Numbered from the whole stretch's first letter, positions 19,701 to 31,578 are shown. The stretch: 62,639 bases of DNA, filler included, from Aduncisulcus paluster (GCA_024181965.1; 5 parts of 5 records of this genome joined end to end with filler, not necessarily neighbours in it), one strand, 5' to 3'. Program-made: numbers and translations. The notes: generated from the sequence alone by a model not told the origin.

Positions 19701-21858
19701 GTATGTATGTGATGCATGCGCTACGTTTTCTGTTGCTCCTGACTTGGTTGATGGATCACAATACACTACTCTCCGTGAGTTCACTCGGTTGATGCAACGC
19801 ACTATTGTCGATGGGGAAGAGTCTCGTGTTGTTCGTGAAATCGATGCCAATTGGTACGAATCCACCGGAGTTCCATATCCTAAGAACGAGATTGATGATC
19901 TTGATGAATCTGAGGAGGACTCATATTACACCTATGTAGAGGTCAGGATTCCTTCTGTCATTACCAACTTTGTTCGTTCGACCGTTCCTTCTCTTTATCA
20001 CTTGAAATACCAGCTTAACCAGCTTTTATTCTACAGCAATGGTGAAGATGCTGCCTATTATGATGAGTATGGAACGTTTAGGTGGTGGAGTTTGCTTCGA
20101 GATGACTTTTTATTCGTCGAGTATCTCCATTTACAAACGCGAACTGTCGTGCGGTATCCAGGGGCACCTTCCTACGGGTATGATGCTCCCCACACACAGG
20201 CGTACATTGAGAACTGCAGTCTGGAAGGTGGGTTTGTCCATGGACGTCCCTGTGTCACCATGACTCAGGAGTATTTCATCATATCATTGCCCATCCAAGA
20301 CACGCAGCACAGTGAAGAAACTGTGTTGGTGGACACTGTGTTTGGAACTGCCCATGAGCAATACTATTCCCAATTGGCTGAGGTGGAACTTGCTGAAAAA
20401 GTATTTGCGAATGGATACACCTATGTTGATTCCTCGTGGACTCAGAACGACGTGACTTCTCTTGCTACGGGGGGAGTAAGCTTTGTAAGTGACTCTTCTG
20501 ACTCATTCAAGGTAAGAAAACCACTAATATCTACTCACAATAATGTCCCATCCTCCCATAAAAACTCTAAGAAATCCATTCTTGCGGCAGGAAATGGTAC
20601 CTTGAAGGAATTTGGTATGACGAAACATTTTGTTGATAATTCTTATCCACGATCATCTTTCATAACCAAGAAGGATTCTGTATATGTGTCAACAATGACC
20701 AATGAAACCAATCCAAATATCCCCTTCAATCACATTAAGACAGATCCCTCGATCTCTCCCACTGCTGAGGAGTCGACTGTCCTGCGTCACACCCCAATGA
20801 TGGTTGTGAGTATTGTGTTTGATGCCACTGGAGCCATAATGAACAATATAATCGAACCTGTGCTCGAGAACATCTCAATGCTGCCCTTCTGTGGATCTGC
20901 TGCATGTCTCTTCCAGGTATTTTCTTCCACTGTTCAACCTTTACATGCTTATCCATACAAGATAAAGCCTGAAACTATCCAGAATAGTTTCACAACTTCT
21001 GCTGCTCAAGTCTTTGAATATGTTGGAACAGGGGATGTATCTGGTTCTGTTTATTCCCAGATGTTTGTGAAAGCTCTTGATTCGTCAGGAGTCATTGCCT
21101 CAAGTCATAACACTGTTCCAAAACGTGCTGACAAAATATGTATTGGTGCATTTTTCAAGGAGGCCTCTTGTAACAGTAACAGTTCCACATCTGACGTATA
21201 TTCCACCATTCTAGACGGGGAAACTGCAATATGTGTGAAAGATTTTGTCGTGGAGAAGAACACCATCTCTGAACTTCAGTCTGTCCTTGAGGGGGCTGGG
21301 CTCACGGTTACCAGTGGATCGACTCTCCCTGGAAGATATCTGCGTGTTCCCTATGAAATGAGTGGAGAGTTTGCATACCGTTATATTCCTTTCTTTGGGG
21401 GTTTTATGGTGATTGCTGCAAATCCAATATTGAATATTCCACCTTCTTTCTTATCCCTGCACTATGGCATGAAGAACTCCTGTCTAAGCATGGACACGAG
21501 TACTGTCTCGAGTGTGAGTCTTCTCCATGAGCAATTCTTTCCCTCCCCAGACAAATCAAGCCCCATCAAATATTCTCTGCTATCTTCTTTCTTGCTCAAT
21601 CAAGCAGCGGAATTAGAGGAATATGAGAAGGCTTCTCCATTCCACGGACATCTTCCATATGAAATAATTGATGTAAAGATATCAGGAGTCCCGACTAAGT
21701 GGGTGTCTGACGTTCCAATTGTCGAACAAAGCGTTCTTTATGTATTTGGAATATTTGTCGGGATAGTCCTGTTCATATGGCTCGTTGTATCAATATGTAA
21801 AAGTGGAAGGTACCGTAATAGGACAAAATTGGCAAAGAGTCTGTTGTTTGGTCATTAA
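16795..21858 (+). CDS. Large type I membrane protein, alpha2delta/CACHD1-like (VWA_N, VWA, probable Cache)
   Basis: Signal peptide and single C-terminal TM helix; DITSSLKYKISALKDLRDAA, LEYDSRYNANVDFEYPHVH, FVGFDGGYQIYPG and KSDVSILIDVT follow the order of the alpha2delta VWA_N/VWA blocks. Confidence 0.65.
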   Translation: MFLKYFNLYTFIYFIFICIFINGVYSANLSNLVDLFATDLDYLSDILFQKLPSADLVMGNLLTAESDISFDDPQDLASTISSDITSSLKYKISALKDLRDAATKEVDKLINDNCFPDDDRPTAETYKRSNEGALEYDSRYNANVDFEYPHVHSYSVVTGTSHEEFFSAHLDLTEQMKKAVLTNYSEDAVVGDDDYNDIYSDPYLGDATFVGFDGGYQIYPGRDMYYSYTFFNFLRVPATKSDVSILIDVTSLTSSKEVAKYTAIIDAVIDSLATGTKLHILLLGKNYIVPFVQSGYVVVSYSSISSIKQLLAKMLSSVPSSVVTNGIITEMDVYKAVSFVYSQRDVICNHVHLRSDLWVESDAFESSETCEYPSIHKASAPSSPRSLFSSEWVSEDYMFRFDSSIASSDESTTFLGPTFVNVIGNTKQSATTLKNGNDGSSSSSPNANDYNNSRKDWKKWYAEDSKSDDPYSDGNSDLNVETDSGFQFMTNGDDIDDDSDGPCLSSSADSAGKGGYTCPPLTILLISNGISYSGPFTNHDPDTIRGSDILKYPMINIVCALTHPVRVGHSHTASLMGISSYSIPEIDLVNSTNSYSDSDHKFKQVAIPGVISESCANGLCLPSPTYYNILSVFSYKMALLPLLQALVPHHFSVFIGESRVCVDGTACVDLVSPVFSSSSNMYIGVVTTSFPVENIIKGSIIKGIKEVGPPPLPTQDPSEFLESPFSTDSSILTDAYDPLHVIPRLSSPCFTPILFRASDGVVLYHPHLTQHIATNSPLPLTLHSLLSEGEEYILTNKAALSQVRGKIIPATGVVPIYLSERMVGGSGTGGFGGSTSDSSSTATKYETTEEYIMTKQTKTTSADTGGYFYPKQIVSSVPGTIVWERIDGVSGLVVGIICETGCLRNHGEMTDLPLPTDELDDFSYNGTDRVSSRKLDADDNPIAMLHYNMSDLDSDDLDLGQVELGSYGEYVCDACATFSVAPDLVDGSQYTTLREFTRLMQRTIVDGEESRVVREIDANWYESTGVPYPKNEIDDLDESEEDSYYTYVEVRIPSVITNFVRSTVPSLYHLKYQLNQLLFYSNGEDAAYYDEYGTFRWWSLLRDDFLFVEYLHLQTRTVVRYPGAPSYGYDAPHTQAYIENCSLEGGFVHGRPCVTMTQEYFIISLPIQDTQHSEETVLVDTVFGTAHEQYYSQLAEVELAEKVFANGYTYVDSSWTQNDVTSLATGGVSFVSDSSDSFKVRKPLISTHNNVPSSHKNSKKSILAAGNGTLKEFGMTKHFVDNSYPRSSFITKKDSVYVSTMTNETNPNIPFNHIKTDPSISPTAEESTVLRHTPMMVVSIVFDATGAIMNNIIEPVLENISMLPFCGSAACLFQVFSSTVQPLHAYPYKIKPETIQNSFTTSAAQVFEYVGTGDVSGSVYSQMFVKALDSSGVIASSHNTVPKRADKICIGAFFKEASCNSNSSTSDVYSTILDGETAICVKDFVVEKNTISELQSVLEGAGLTVTSGSTLPGRYLRVPYEMSGEFAYRYIPFFGGFMVIAANPILNIPPSFLSLHYGMKNSCLSMDTSTVSSVSLLHEQFFPSPDKSSPIKYSLLSSFLLNQAAELEEYEKASPFHGHLPYEIIDVKISGVPTKWVSDVPIVEQSVLYVFGIFVGIVLFIWLVVSICKSGRYRNRTKLAKSLLFGH

Positions 21859-22142
21859 TTAAATTGAAATTATTCCGTTATCTGACAGATTAGTAAGTCT
21901 CGTCCAAAGAATACTGTGGTGTCGCTTTTTTGCATCATATTTTTTCACAAATAGCAACGCAAAAATATTATTATTATTAAAATAAATATTTCATTCTGTT
22001 TCGAAGGCTTCGAATAACATTAGCGTCTTTTGTCTTTCCTGACATTTGGAAAAAACTATATTGATATAAAACTTTATATTTTCTTTATTTTCAAAAACTA
22101 CTTTAGCTTCGTTTTCATTTCAGTGGTTAAATTTAAGTCGAA

Positions 22143-24440
22143 ATGAATTCTTTTCTTTACTCTCTATCTAAACAAAAATATTATCATTCGATCTCTTTAA
22201 GGGATATAGATGATCATGATAGGGATAAAATAATTTCCAAGGATCGTTGTTTTATGTGTAGTTCAATTTTAATTCATCCTTCATTTTCTTGCACTTGTGG
22301 GGCGTATTATTGTGCTTATTGTCGTAAAATGGTATATGATCATGTTTATACCGGTTGTTTAAAATGTAAATCCTCGTCTATTTTAAAAGAGATCCCACAA
22401 AATCACTTATCTTCTTCCTCTCTTTCTTGTTCATGTTCTTTATGTAAAAAACATCTTCCTTGCCTCAAGTATTCGAATCATTTGGAAAATATGCACGAAA
22501 TATGTCCATATAAGCAAAGACATCGAGTACCTTCCTTCTCTTCTGATTCTACAGAATTCCGTCCTGCCAGTTCTCTGGGAATACTTGATATTACCCCATA
22601 TTTACACCGTATTCATAGCAAATATCTGTCATTAGAAGAGATAATAACCCAAGAAACTGTTGATTACGATAATAATCTTCGTGGGCACTTAATGTATCGT
22701 TTTATTGCTCCCCTTTTCTTGATACAATCCATTATCTTCTTGTTGGCGTATTTATCCGCTCCTTATGTTGCCTCTAAGATGTTTATTAATTCTTGGATGG
22801 TTTTTCTTTTCATTTTCATCTGTGTCATAATATTCCCTTCATTATGGGTCTTGGTGGTATTTCTTGGATCTGTTAAGCATTTTGGGGGAAAATATCGAAG
22901 TAATGATAATGGTCCCGAAAATTTTCTGAAAATAGACAAATTTTGGATGGTTTTATTCGATAAGATGAAACTAAGCTCCTCAAATCCGATTGTTTTCTCT
23001 CTTCGCCAAGTGAGTTCCAGGATAAAAATATTTATCTTGGGGATTCTTTTGGCAATTGATAGAAAGAACTACATTATTCCAGAGTTTTACAAACTTATTT
23101 TAGATCGTGAGAAAGTATGTGTTACATATAGAAATCGTCAGAAGATGGGTGGGTTCCCAAAAGATAGTTCATTAACTTATGGTCAACAGAAATATGATCA
23201 CTTTGATGAGGGTTCTGTAGGGCACCATATTCTCACGTGTGTTGTTGTGTTTATTGTGTTTAATTTTATTTTTGTTGCTATTTGTTTCTACGGTGACATG
23301 CAAGGCTACGGAATTTTTGGAAATATTTATCGTTCATCTTTGCATATGTCAGCCATGTTCCTTCATATGTTTCTTGTTTGCATGGCATTAAGGTTTTCTG
23401 ACTTCATCAAGGGTGAATATGGAGGTAACATCCAACTGATTGCTCAAATCAGCCCCTCTTTGCTGCGTAGAGTTAAAGGATTGTTTGGTCTCATGATTCC
23501 GGCAATGTTTTTGTTTGGGTTCATTTTCCACACATATGATGGATTTGAAGCCAGTAATATCATTCATGATTTTGGTGTTCGGAATACAATTTCTATGAAT
23601 CAATTGAAATCATCTTCAAAATGTCAAATATTCAATAATAATCACCCCCTTGATTTTGTTTCTTTGGTTACACAAAATGATTCATCATTCACAGATTCCT
23701 ACTATGAAGAATTTGAATATTATGAAACTGCAGTTTTTGATAATGTTGTGAAATTGCCACAGCCAGAAAGTGAAAATGAATTCCAATCTACAATACATGT
23801 GGATGAATATGGTGATGAAAACTCCGTCTGGAGATGTCCTGTTTCATTCTGGGACAAGGCTGTACAATACTATACCGATCAAAATATTGTTGGTTCTAAT
23901 AATAGATCTAAATATAGTGAAATCAATCCATTATTCGCAGATATTCATCCGGTTTGGAAGGAAGTGATATCATCAAAGATTAAACTCGAGAATATTCAGA
24001 CGGTTTATAATGAATTAGAGAATAATTCAAACTCTAAAGCATTGATACAGGTGTTTTCTTTTAATTCTAAAAAATATGGATGGTTTGTGAGTGGGGTTGT
24101 GAGTTTCTTGATGTGGTTTTTGCTTCTTGTTTTGATAATTGGTGGTATTTTGACTATCGGTGAACAAGTTAAGCTTCGATTGGGTCGTCGAATATGGGGA
24201 AAGCCCTTTGGTGTGATTAAACTCGTTCAGATGATTTGGAATGAACACGCCGGAAAGATCTATCAGTCCATTCCACCACCATTTACACCTAGTACTCACG
24301 CCGATATCGTTATTATGCTTGCATTTTCAATTTTGTTATTATTTCTGCAACTACCGGTGTTGTTGGTTGGGCTAATCAATCTTTTAGGACCTGTGGTGTT
24401 AATATCCCTTTTAATAGCTTTGGCATATAAGATTAAGTGA
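22143..24440 (+). CDS. Multi-pass membrane protein with N-terminal RING-like and TRAF-type-like zinc fingers
   Basis: CFMC..CTC...CAYC..CLKC, then CSLC..H....C, then about 8 hydrophobic segments. Confidence 0.6.
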   Translation: MNSFLYSLSKQKYYHSISLRDIDDHDRDKIISKDRCFMCSSILIHPSFSCTCGAYYCAYCRKMVYDHVYTGCLKCKSSSILKEIPQNHLSSSSLSCSCSLCKKHLPCLKYSNHLENMHEICPYKQRHRVPSFSSDSTEFRPASSLGILDITPYLHRIHSKYLSLEEIITQETVDYDNNLRGHLMYRFIAPLFLIQSIIFLLAYLSAPYVASKMFINSWMVFLFIFICVIIFPSLWVLVVFLGSVKHFGGKYRSNDNGPENFLKIDKFWMVLFDKMKLSSSNPIVFSLRQVSSRIKIFILGILLAIDRKNYIIPEFYKLILDREKVCVTYRNRQKMGGFPKDSSLTYGQQKYDHFDEGSVGHHILTCVVVFIVFNFIFVAICFYGDMQGYGIFGNIYRSSLHMSAMFLHMFLVCMALRFSDFIKGEYGGNIQLIAQISPSLLRRVKGLFGLMIPAMFLFGFIFHTYDGFEASNIIHDFGVRNTISMNQLKSSSKCQIFNNNHPLDFVSLVTQNDSSFTDSYYEEFEYYETAVFDNVVKLPQPESENEFQSTIHVDEYGDENSVWRCPVSFWDKAVQYYTDQNIVGSNNRSKYSEINPLFADIHPVWKEVISSKIKLENIQTVYNELENNSNSKALIQVFSFNSKKYGWFVSGVVSFLMWFLLLVLIIGGILTIGEQVKLRLGRRIWGKPFGVIKLVQMIWNEHAGKIYQSIPPPFTPSTHADIVIMLAFSILLLFLQLPVLLVGLINLLGPVVLISLLIALAYKIK

Positions 24441-24727
24441 ATAAAGAATAATGTCTTACATTTATATGACGGTAAACCCTTCCTGAGGCTGAATCGCGTA
24501 TTTTTCTCATTGAGAAATTCTCAAGTTTCTGGTTTCATGACGCATGTGTGTTTTCATTCGGATATTATGATGTGACATGTAGTAGACAAATTTATTATCC
24601 CATTGGTGAGATGAGATATGATACTTGAGAACCTGAGGAGCTTCTGAGGAGAAAAAACTGGATTTTCTTTCGAATCATATCATTGAACAAATATCCAGTT
24701 CGTGGAAAACACAATTAATAGCGTCTA

Positions 24728-25212
24728 ATGTCACAATCAACTCCAGAAACTGAGAAAGTTCGTGTTAAAATGAAGGATAAGTATCAAGTCAAAATTGTCG
24801 ATGTGGACAAAGGTAGGCCGACGAAACGATCCATCAAAAATCTTTTATCGTACTTTAGCGAGAGGGAAATCTTCTCTGTTGATATTTGTAATGATGATGG
24901 CGAAGTCTGCGTTGGAATTGCCAAGAAAGGCTGTGGCCCCGACGAATTTTTCATTATAGGCAAGGATAACAAGTTTTGCAAGACCCTTGCTAAAGATATT
25001 GTCAAGCATAAATATATTGAACGGGCAGAATACACCAGCTTGGATGGGACTGTGCATTCCTTCCCAAAAGCGACCTCTGCTGCGGACCTCGATCGCTTTG
25101 TTCGGAAACTGCAGAAGGAGAATACCCGATTGAAGGCCCATATCAAGGAACTTGAACGTCAGTTGGAACATCGTCACCGTGTTGCTGGACCTATCCGTTC
25201 CCAGAGTGTGTT
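24728..25212 (+). CDS. Hypothetical protein, 3'-truncated, with coiled coil
   Basis: ATG in TAATG context; frame open to the spacer; coding-like composition. Confidence 0.7.
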
Positions 25213-25312
25213 NNNNNNNNNNNNNNNNNNNNNNNNNNNNNNNNNNNNNNNNNNNNTTAATTAATTAANNNNNNNNNNNNNNNNNNNNNNNNNNNNNNNN
25301 NNNNNNNNNNNN
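25213..25312. other. Artificial contig spacer
   Basis: N44-TTAATTAATTAA-N44. Confidence 0.97.
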
Positions 25313-28300
25313 CCTTGAGAAGGAATTCAACCTCATCAGCAGGAAGTTTTCCCTCACGAGACATGATTTGAATGGTCATCTGAGCAACGAACATGATCTT
25401 ATGAGTTTCGAACAGACCAAGAGAGACGAAAGAATATGTGGCAAAAGTAATATCCTCAATAAGAATTTCGACACGAGCCTTAACATCATCACTTTTGCAG
25501 GCAGAACGCATAGCCTTGTAGAAAACAGTCAAGAAGGCACGCAATGAGAACTGATACATTGAATGGATGAAACAAAGAGAATTCATCAGGAAATAGAGCA
25601 TAGAAGAACGCGTGGCAACAGGTCTGTAAATTTCACGAGCAGCATTGATACTCTTCTCGGTAATCTGAGCTTCTTTAACCTTCTCAGCAATCTCGATAGA
25701 TGTGGCCTTAGTTGTCTCCAGATTCTCAATAAGGGCAGTATCATCAAGCATGGTTTCCTGCTTGGCGTTGGACAGAGTGTGAAGCAATTCATCCTCCAAT
25801 TTCTTCAACTTAATCATAAACTCATTTTGTTGTCTCATAAGTTCTCCCTTTTGCTGTTCCAGATCAGGTCTTTCCTCTGACACAACCAAGGCAAGGATCT
25901 GATCTTCAAGACCATCCTCGGTAACTGTAAAGTTCACAAGAGTGGTCTGGGCCTGGATTTCGGGAGTGTAGTGAGGATTCGCCATCTTTGTTTGGAGGAA
26001 CAATCTAAATTTAGGATCATACTCGATCTCCTTATCTCCGAGTTTAATGAATTTAGTTCTTCCCTTCTTAATGACATTTCTCTGGATCAATGGATCAAGC
26101 ACAGCATCAATGCTCTCTCCAATGTTCTCAATCAAAACAGGCTTTCCTTCACTCAGACAACGCTCAATGATATCAAGGTACTTGTTCTGTGTGAGCCGCA
26201 CGACTTCAAGACCGTTCTCAGATTCTTTCTCTTTGATCCACTGAATACCCTGAAGCTGAGGATCAATCATCAATGGCCATCTTTCACATGTAACAGTAAT
26301 GGCGGCATTCTCAATACTCACACGATCCTTGGGAAGCAACTGGTTGTTCCACTCGGCAACAGTAGCGTCATCGGTCAAAAGCTTGAGAGGATCACTATCG
26401 GGACTCATTGGGATCTTATATTCATCAATCTTTTCTCCCCACTCCTTTAACAACTCAACTCTGAACCGACTACTGAATGGACCAATGTATGAGATAAACG
26501 CAGATGTAAGAAGAATGTCTCCGACAAGAGTACTCTCACTGGCTTGGAGTTCAGTGATACTCTCTCCCCATCTTACCTTCTCACTACTAAGACCATTAAC
26601 CAAACGCTGGGCAAGGTTCAACTTACTTGAAAGAGCAGCAGCCTCAGTCACAATCCTGTCTCTGTTGGCAGTCTCGGTTCTTCTTTGGTCATCCAGATCC
26701 TTCACACGCTTCTCAAGAGCTGCAACCTTGGCATTAACCTTGGCAAGCTTCTCCTGGGCAGCTTGGAGCTTGACGTTAGCGTCTTCAAGTTTGTCTCTGA
26801 GAGGTTTCACGACACGATACACATCGAAGAACTTAACAATATTTCTGGCCCAATCACAGATACCGGCAGCGGCCACTGATTTCTTCTCCATCTTTTCTCC
26901 AATAAAATCTGGTTTGGAAACGTATGGCAAAACGGCAGAATAAACATCTTCAGGGATATGTTCCTTATCATATTCGATAAGTTTACGCAAGAAAGCATCA
27001 ACGTTACCCATCATTTTCTTTGCAGAAGCCCAGTTGAGATCACGATCCTTGGGAATACGTCCAGATGGAGAAAGCAAAATCATAACGGCATTCATAACCT
27101 CCTCAATTTCAGCGGCAGGTTTCTTGAAGGACTTAAGCTCAGTCAAGTTACCCTTATTCAATGTGTGCAGGGCTGCTTCAGCGCTCTTAAGGATAGGTTC
27201 GGCCTTGGAAAGCTCTTGTTCAGCCATAGCCTGCAAGGTTGACACTTCTTTCTCTTCAATCTCACACTTCGCCTTCTCAATATCGGCATTCTTCTTCACA
27301 GCATCAACTTCAACTTGTTCCTTCTTCACCTTGATAAGCAAGTTCTCGACATCTTTTTCCTTCTCGGCAACAGTGACCTGAGTCCGCTGGAGATCAGTCT
27401 TCAACAAAGCAACATCCTTTTCGGTCGTCTGAAGCTTCACAAGACCTTGATCAAGACGCTCAATCTTCTCTAACTTACTCTTTCGTTCGGATGACAACAG
27501 AGACTTGTACAGGGAGATAAGCTCAAGGAAAGACTTGGGTGTTGTGTAAGCTTTACGTCTCTCAACCTGGGCAAAGACTCCAGCCTTCTCGTTAACCATA
27601 CGATGGGCATCGGCCATGAACAGAGAGATAGATTCACGAATCTCATCGCCACCGAGATCAACATCGGCCAAGAATCTGTTGGCAACAGAGATAAGAGCGC
27701 TATGAGGCCATGGGTGGAACCAATCGATAGATGTGTTGTTCACAAGTGCAGGGAATCGACGGGCACGAATCCTGAAGTCATCTCCCACAGGTGAGAAACC
27801 AAGAACGACGTGGAGATTAGTCTTGACCTTGTTAATAAAGTAGTTCCAACAGTTATCGCGTGTATCGAAGATACCAGCTTGTTTGACTTCATTTCTAATA
27901 GACTCGATAATCTCATCCTCTTCATCATCATTGAACAGATCGGCAATGTTACCAGAAGCAAGCATATCGTTAATGTACACAAGGAATTTCTCATCGACAA
28001 TGTGCTGATCGGTGAACAGGAACATGATAGATTCTCCCTTTTGTCCACACTTTCTATAGAGGCTCTGAAGATCAACCTTAAACTCGTTAACTCCATAGTT
28101 GGAGGTCAAGGAGATCTGGAACACTTCGTATCCAGCAATGTAGGCGGCCAAACGGGCCAAAGACTGCTTACCACTACCTCCCACACCGACTAGCAGTGCA
28201 GAACCGGTCTGGATAATTCTGTTAATACGGGCAACGTGCTCCATAGCGTCCTCGAAAAGCACAAGATCCATGACAGCATTTTCTTCATTGTACTGTTTGA

Positions 28301-31300
28301 GAGCATCCTCCAAAACTTGAGAAAGGCCTGGGAATCCATCCTTAATCATAGAATAGTCCGAATCTCCGATACCATTGGAGAAATTGGTCCATATAATAGG
28401 AGACTCGTTCATGGACTCCAATTCTTTCCCTTCAAAGGTCTTCTTCACGACCTCGGCAATGAGATGTTCGTAGGTCTGCATATCATCAACGTTGACAAGC
28501 CTATCCATGTAAACACGTGAACACTCGTGCTTCCATAGTTTGCAGAGAGCATGGGTGTCCGGGACGGTTGTTCCAGAAGCATTGAGAATACCACCGACAA
28601 TGTTTGAGAGATCACGAAGATTGAACTGGTAGTGGAACTTGATAGCAGTAGGAAGGAATGTTGTTGATACCTTGGAGTGGAGAGACAGGAGTGCATCGGC
28701 AACAGTCTCGCTCATCTTGGCAATATTGGGTGCGAATGAGTCCTGGCTAAAGTGACCAGAAAGCAAGGATCCATAAATCTGTTTCAAGTTGGATTCTGAT
28801 GGAAGATCGACAGCGAACAAAGAGAAATGTCTCTGCAAACGCTGGTTAATATGGAAAGAACCAGCCAAAGGATTCAAAGCGGCGGCATATTGAACGTTCT
28901 TGACTTCCTTAAGAGCCAATTTGGACCTATCGTACCACGATTCATAGTCAATGTGCTGACGTAAAAGAGTAATAGGGGCCTGAGTACCGTAAAGATCGAC
29001 TTTAGCCATGTTAAGGTCATCCACAAAGTAGATGAGCTTCATTTGACCAGGAGGACCGAATGTTCTACCAGCTTTCTTCTCAAGTGGACCCTCCATGATG
29101 GTCTGAAGCTGCATGGTTGTTGTAAAGTAATTCAAATTGATGACAACATTCTTGAACTTCTCTTCAGGCAGCTGGGCCAATCTATTCTTTAGGATACCAG
29201 TCTTTCCACTTCCTGCTGGACCAGCCAACAAGACAGGGAAACCAGCATTAAGCATGAGATCGATAATGTAAGAGAGACGAGTAGTTGTAGCAGTTGGAAC
29301 GAATGTCGCTTGAGCAGGGAGCTCAGGATCATACTTGAATTTATCAACCTTGTCACTCCAGGGGACCCACAAGTGCACCTTCTCTTCATTGACAACAATG
29401 GCCTCAGCAGGAATCTCAGGTTTCTGTTCAACTCCTTCTTCAAGAGGTTCTTCCTCCTCATCCTCGGTGGGAACATAGAACTCAGAAATGTCACGCATGT
29501 CGAGACAGTAGTCGAATACAGATCCCTCAGAAGGAAGAGCAACCTGTCTAAACTCAGTCCTCCACCATTTGTTGAACTTCTCAGTCCAATCAACACGTTG
29601 GCCCTTGAACATAACACCACCAACAGCCCAAATGACAGCAAAAACGAAATACAACTCATAGAGCTCCTTCTCAGCATTGTCAGGAACACGAGATGGGATG
29701 ATAAGTTGCTCAAGGATACGAACAACAGTTTCAGCAATGGCGATATCAGTAACTGGAAGAACGGGATCGAATTGTCTCTTGAGAGCTTCAAGGCAGGGAG
29801 CAAGGAAGGTCTCAAACATGAGAGTCAAGTGGGCAGTCTCATGTTGATTTTCCCTCTTCTCCATCCAAGAGTGAGTGAAGGCTCTCCATCCAACATCTTG
29901 CTCAGAAATGTACAAGATACCAGCACGGGACACAGTAGCGGGAGTAGCGTGTTTCAAGTGGGAGATCTCAAAGAGAAGACGCATGTGTGGATGCAATGGC
30001 ACACGTTCGTTGGAAGCCAATGTAAGCACCTTGTTGGCATCCATAACGGTATTCAGAGACTCAATCCAAAGAGAATCGATATCACCATCAAGAACAATCC
30101 ACTTAGGTTCAGTGTTGGGTTGGTTGGCGAGGTCTCTCATAATACAACTGAAAAGACCATCTCTCCATTCTCTTGTGGCAGATTGAACGTAACCATACAT
30201 CTCTCTGGTGGTAACAGCCTTGGGGTTGATGACAGGAGTTTGGATCTTCTTACCCTGGATTCTGTAAGAATTGGCAAGAGTTCCCCAACATTTAGACTTT
30301 CCGACACCAGCATCTCCGATAAGCATGACAGAGTGACGAACATCAACCAACTCTTGGAGCTGCACAACCTTCAACACAAATGATGGCTCGGCCTGGAGTC
30401 CTTGGTTCTTCAAGGCTTGAACAATAGTCTTCTCCAAATCGGGGTAAGTCTTACGAGGAACATCAACACCAGGGAACAAATCGTTGATAAGACCCATAAA
30501 GATGTCGACATCTTCAGTAATAATCTTGGGAATATTGAAATCACGAAGAGCACGACACAGAACGTTTTCTTCAGGCATCTCAGGTTCAGCACGTTTAAGA
30601 GAACCAGCAACAACCAACACAGCGTTCATGGCACGAAGACCCCAATCGTATTGATCACACTTAGACAACAGTTCTCTATTAAGGGAATACAAGGTTGTGA
30701 ACTTCTTAGACAGCAACCTAGCACCCAAGAAACCTTGGGCAAGAAGCATAATCTCTGCAATCATAGCGTAATCGGGCACAATCATACTCACAGATCTGAA
30801 CAGAGCCTTGATATTCTCGGGCAATTCAGTACGACCAGCATAACCAGGATTCATAGTGATAAAGATACCAACGGTACGTCTCAAGGTAATGTCAAACCCT
30901 TCGAACATGAAACGATCCTTCCTCTCTCTGACAGCATCAATGATGGTCTTCACCTGGGTGGCCACAACTGACAACACCTCAACGTTGATTCTGTTAAACT
31001 CATCGAAACAACCCCAGGCACCGGAAGAAGCCAGACCAGCAAACAGCTGACCCATAGAGGTGGAACTCATCTCAGGGGAACAGTTGGACACATACACAAT
31101 CAAACCAAGGGCACGACCAAGATCCTTTGTAGTCTCGGTTTTACCGGTACCGGCGGGACCGGCAGGGGCTCCTCCCATACACAAATGGAGACTCTGAGTC
31201 AAAGTAACGTAACATCTATCAGTCAGGGGAGTAATAACCAGACGATCTCTGTTACCAAGGTACTCGTATTGGTATTGGAATTGGGCATCACAAATATTAA

Positions 31301-31478
31301 TGAAACAATCCCTGTCAGTATCATCCCAACGAAGTCTCAACTGAGATTGCCACTGGAACTCATTGGCACTCTCAACTCTGTTCTTAACCAAACCTCCGAC
31401 AACATCCTTGGCATGCACTTCGATTGTACAGATTGTCATAATCTTGGTACGTTCCATCTTGGTCAAATCACCTTGAAT
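25313..31478 (-). CDS. Axonemal outer-arm dynein heavy chain, beta-type (DNAH9/11/17-like), internal fragment from AAA1 to past AAA5
   Basis: P-loops GPAGTGKT, GDAGVGKS, GPAGSGKT, GVGGSGKQ; WGCFDEFNRI; KIMTICTIEVH; PLEKKAGRTFGPPG; stalk coiled coil; RWPLMIDPQLQG. Truncated at both ends. Confidence 0.96.
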
Positions 31479-31578
31479 NNNNNNNNNNNNNNNNNNNNNN
31501 NNNNNNNNNNNNNNNNNNNNNNTTAATTAATTAANNNNNNNNNNNNNNNNNNNNNNNNNNNNNNNNNNNNNNNNNNNN
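31479..31578. other. Artificial contig spacer
   Basis: N44-TTAATTAATTAA-N44. Confidence 0.97.

Noticed and set aside
24570-24600. U2 snRNA (TGTAGTA branch-pairing word)
   Set aside because: Flanking U2 stems and the U6-pairing 5' sequence are not evident.
25563-31526. Many antisense ORFs (up to 357 aa) over the dynein gene
   Set aside because: Shadow ORFs from codon bias; no motifs recognised.
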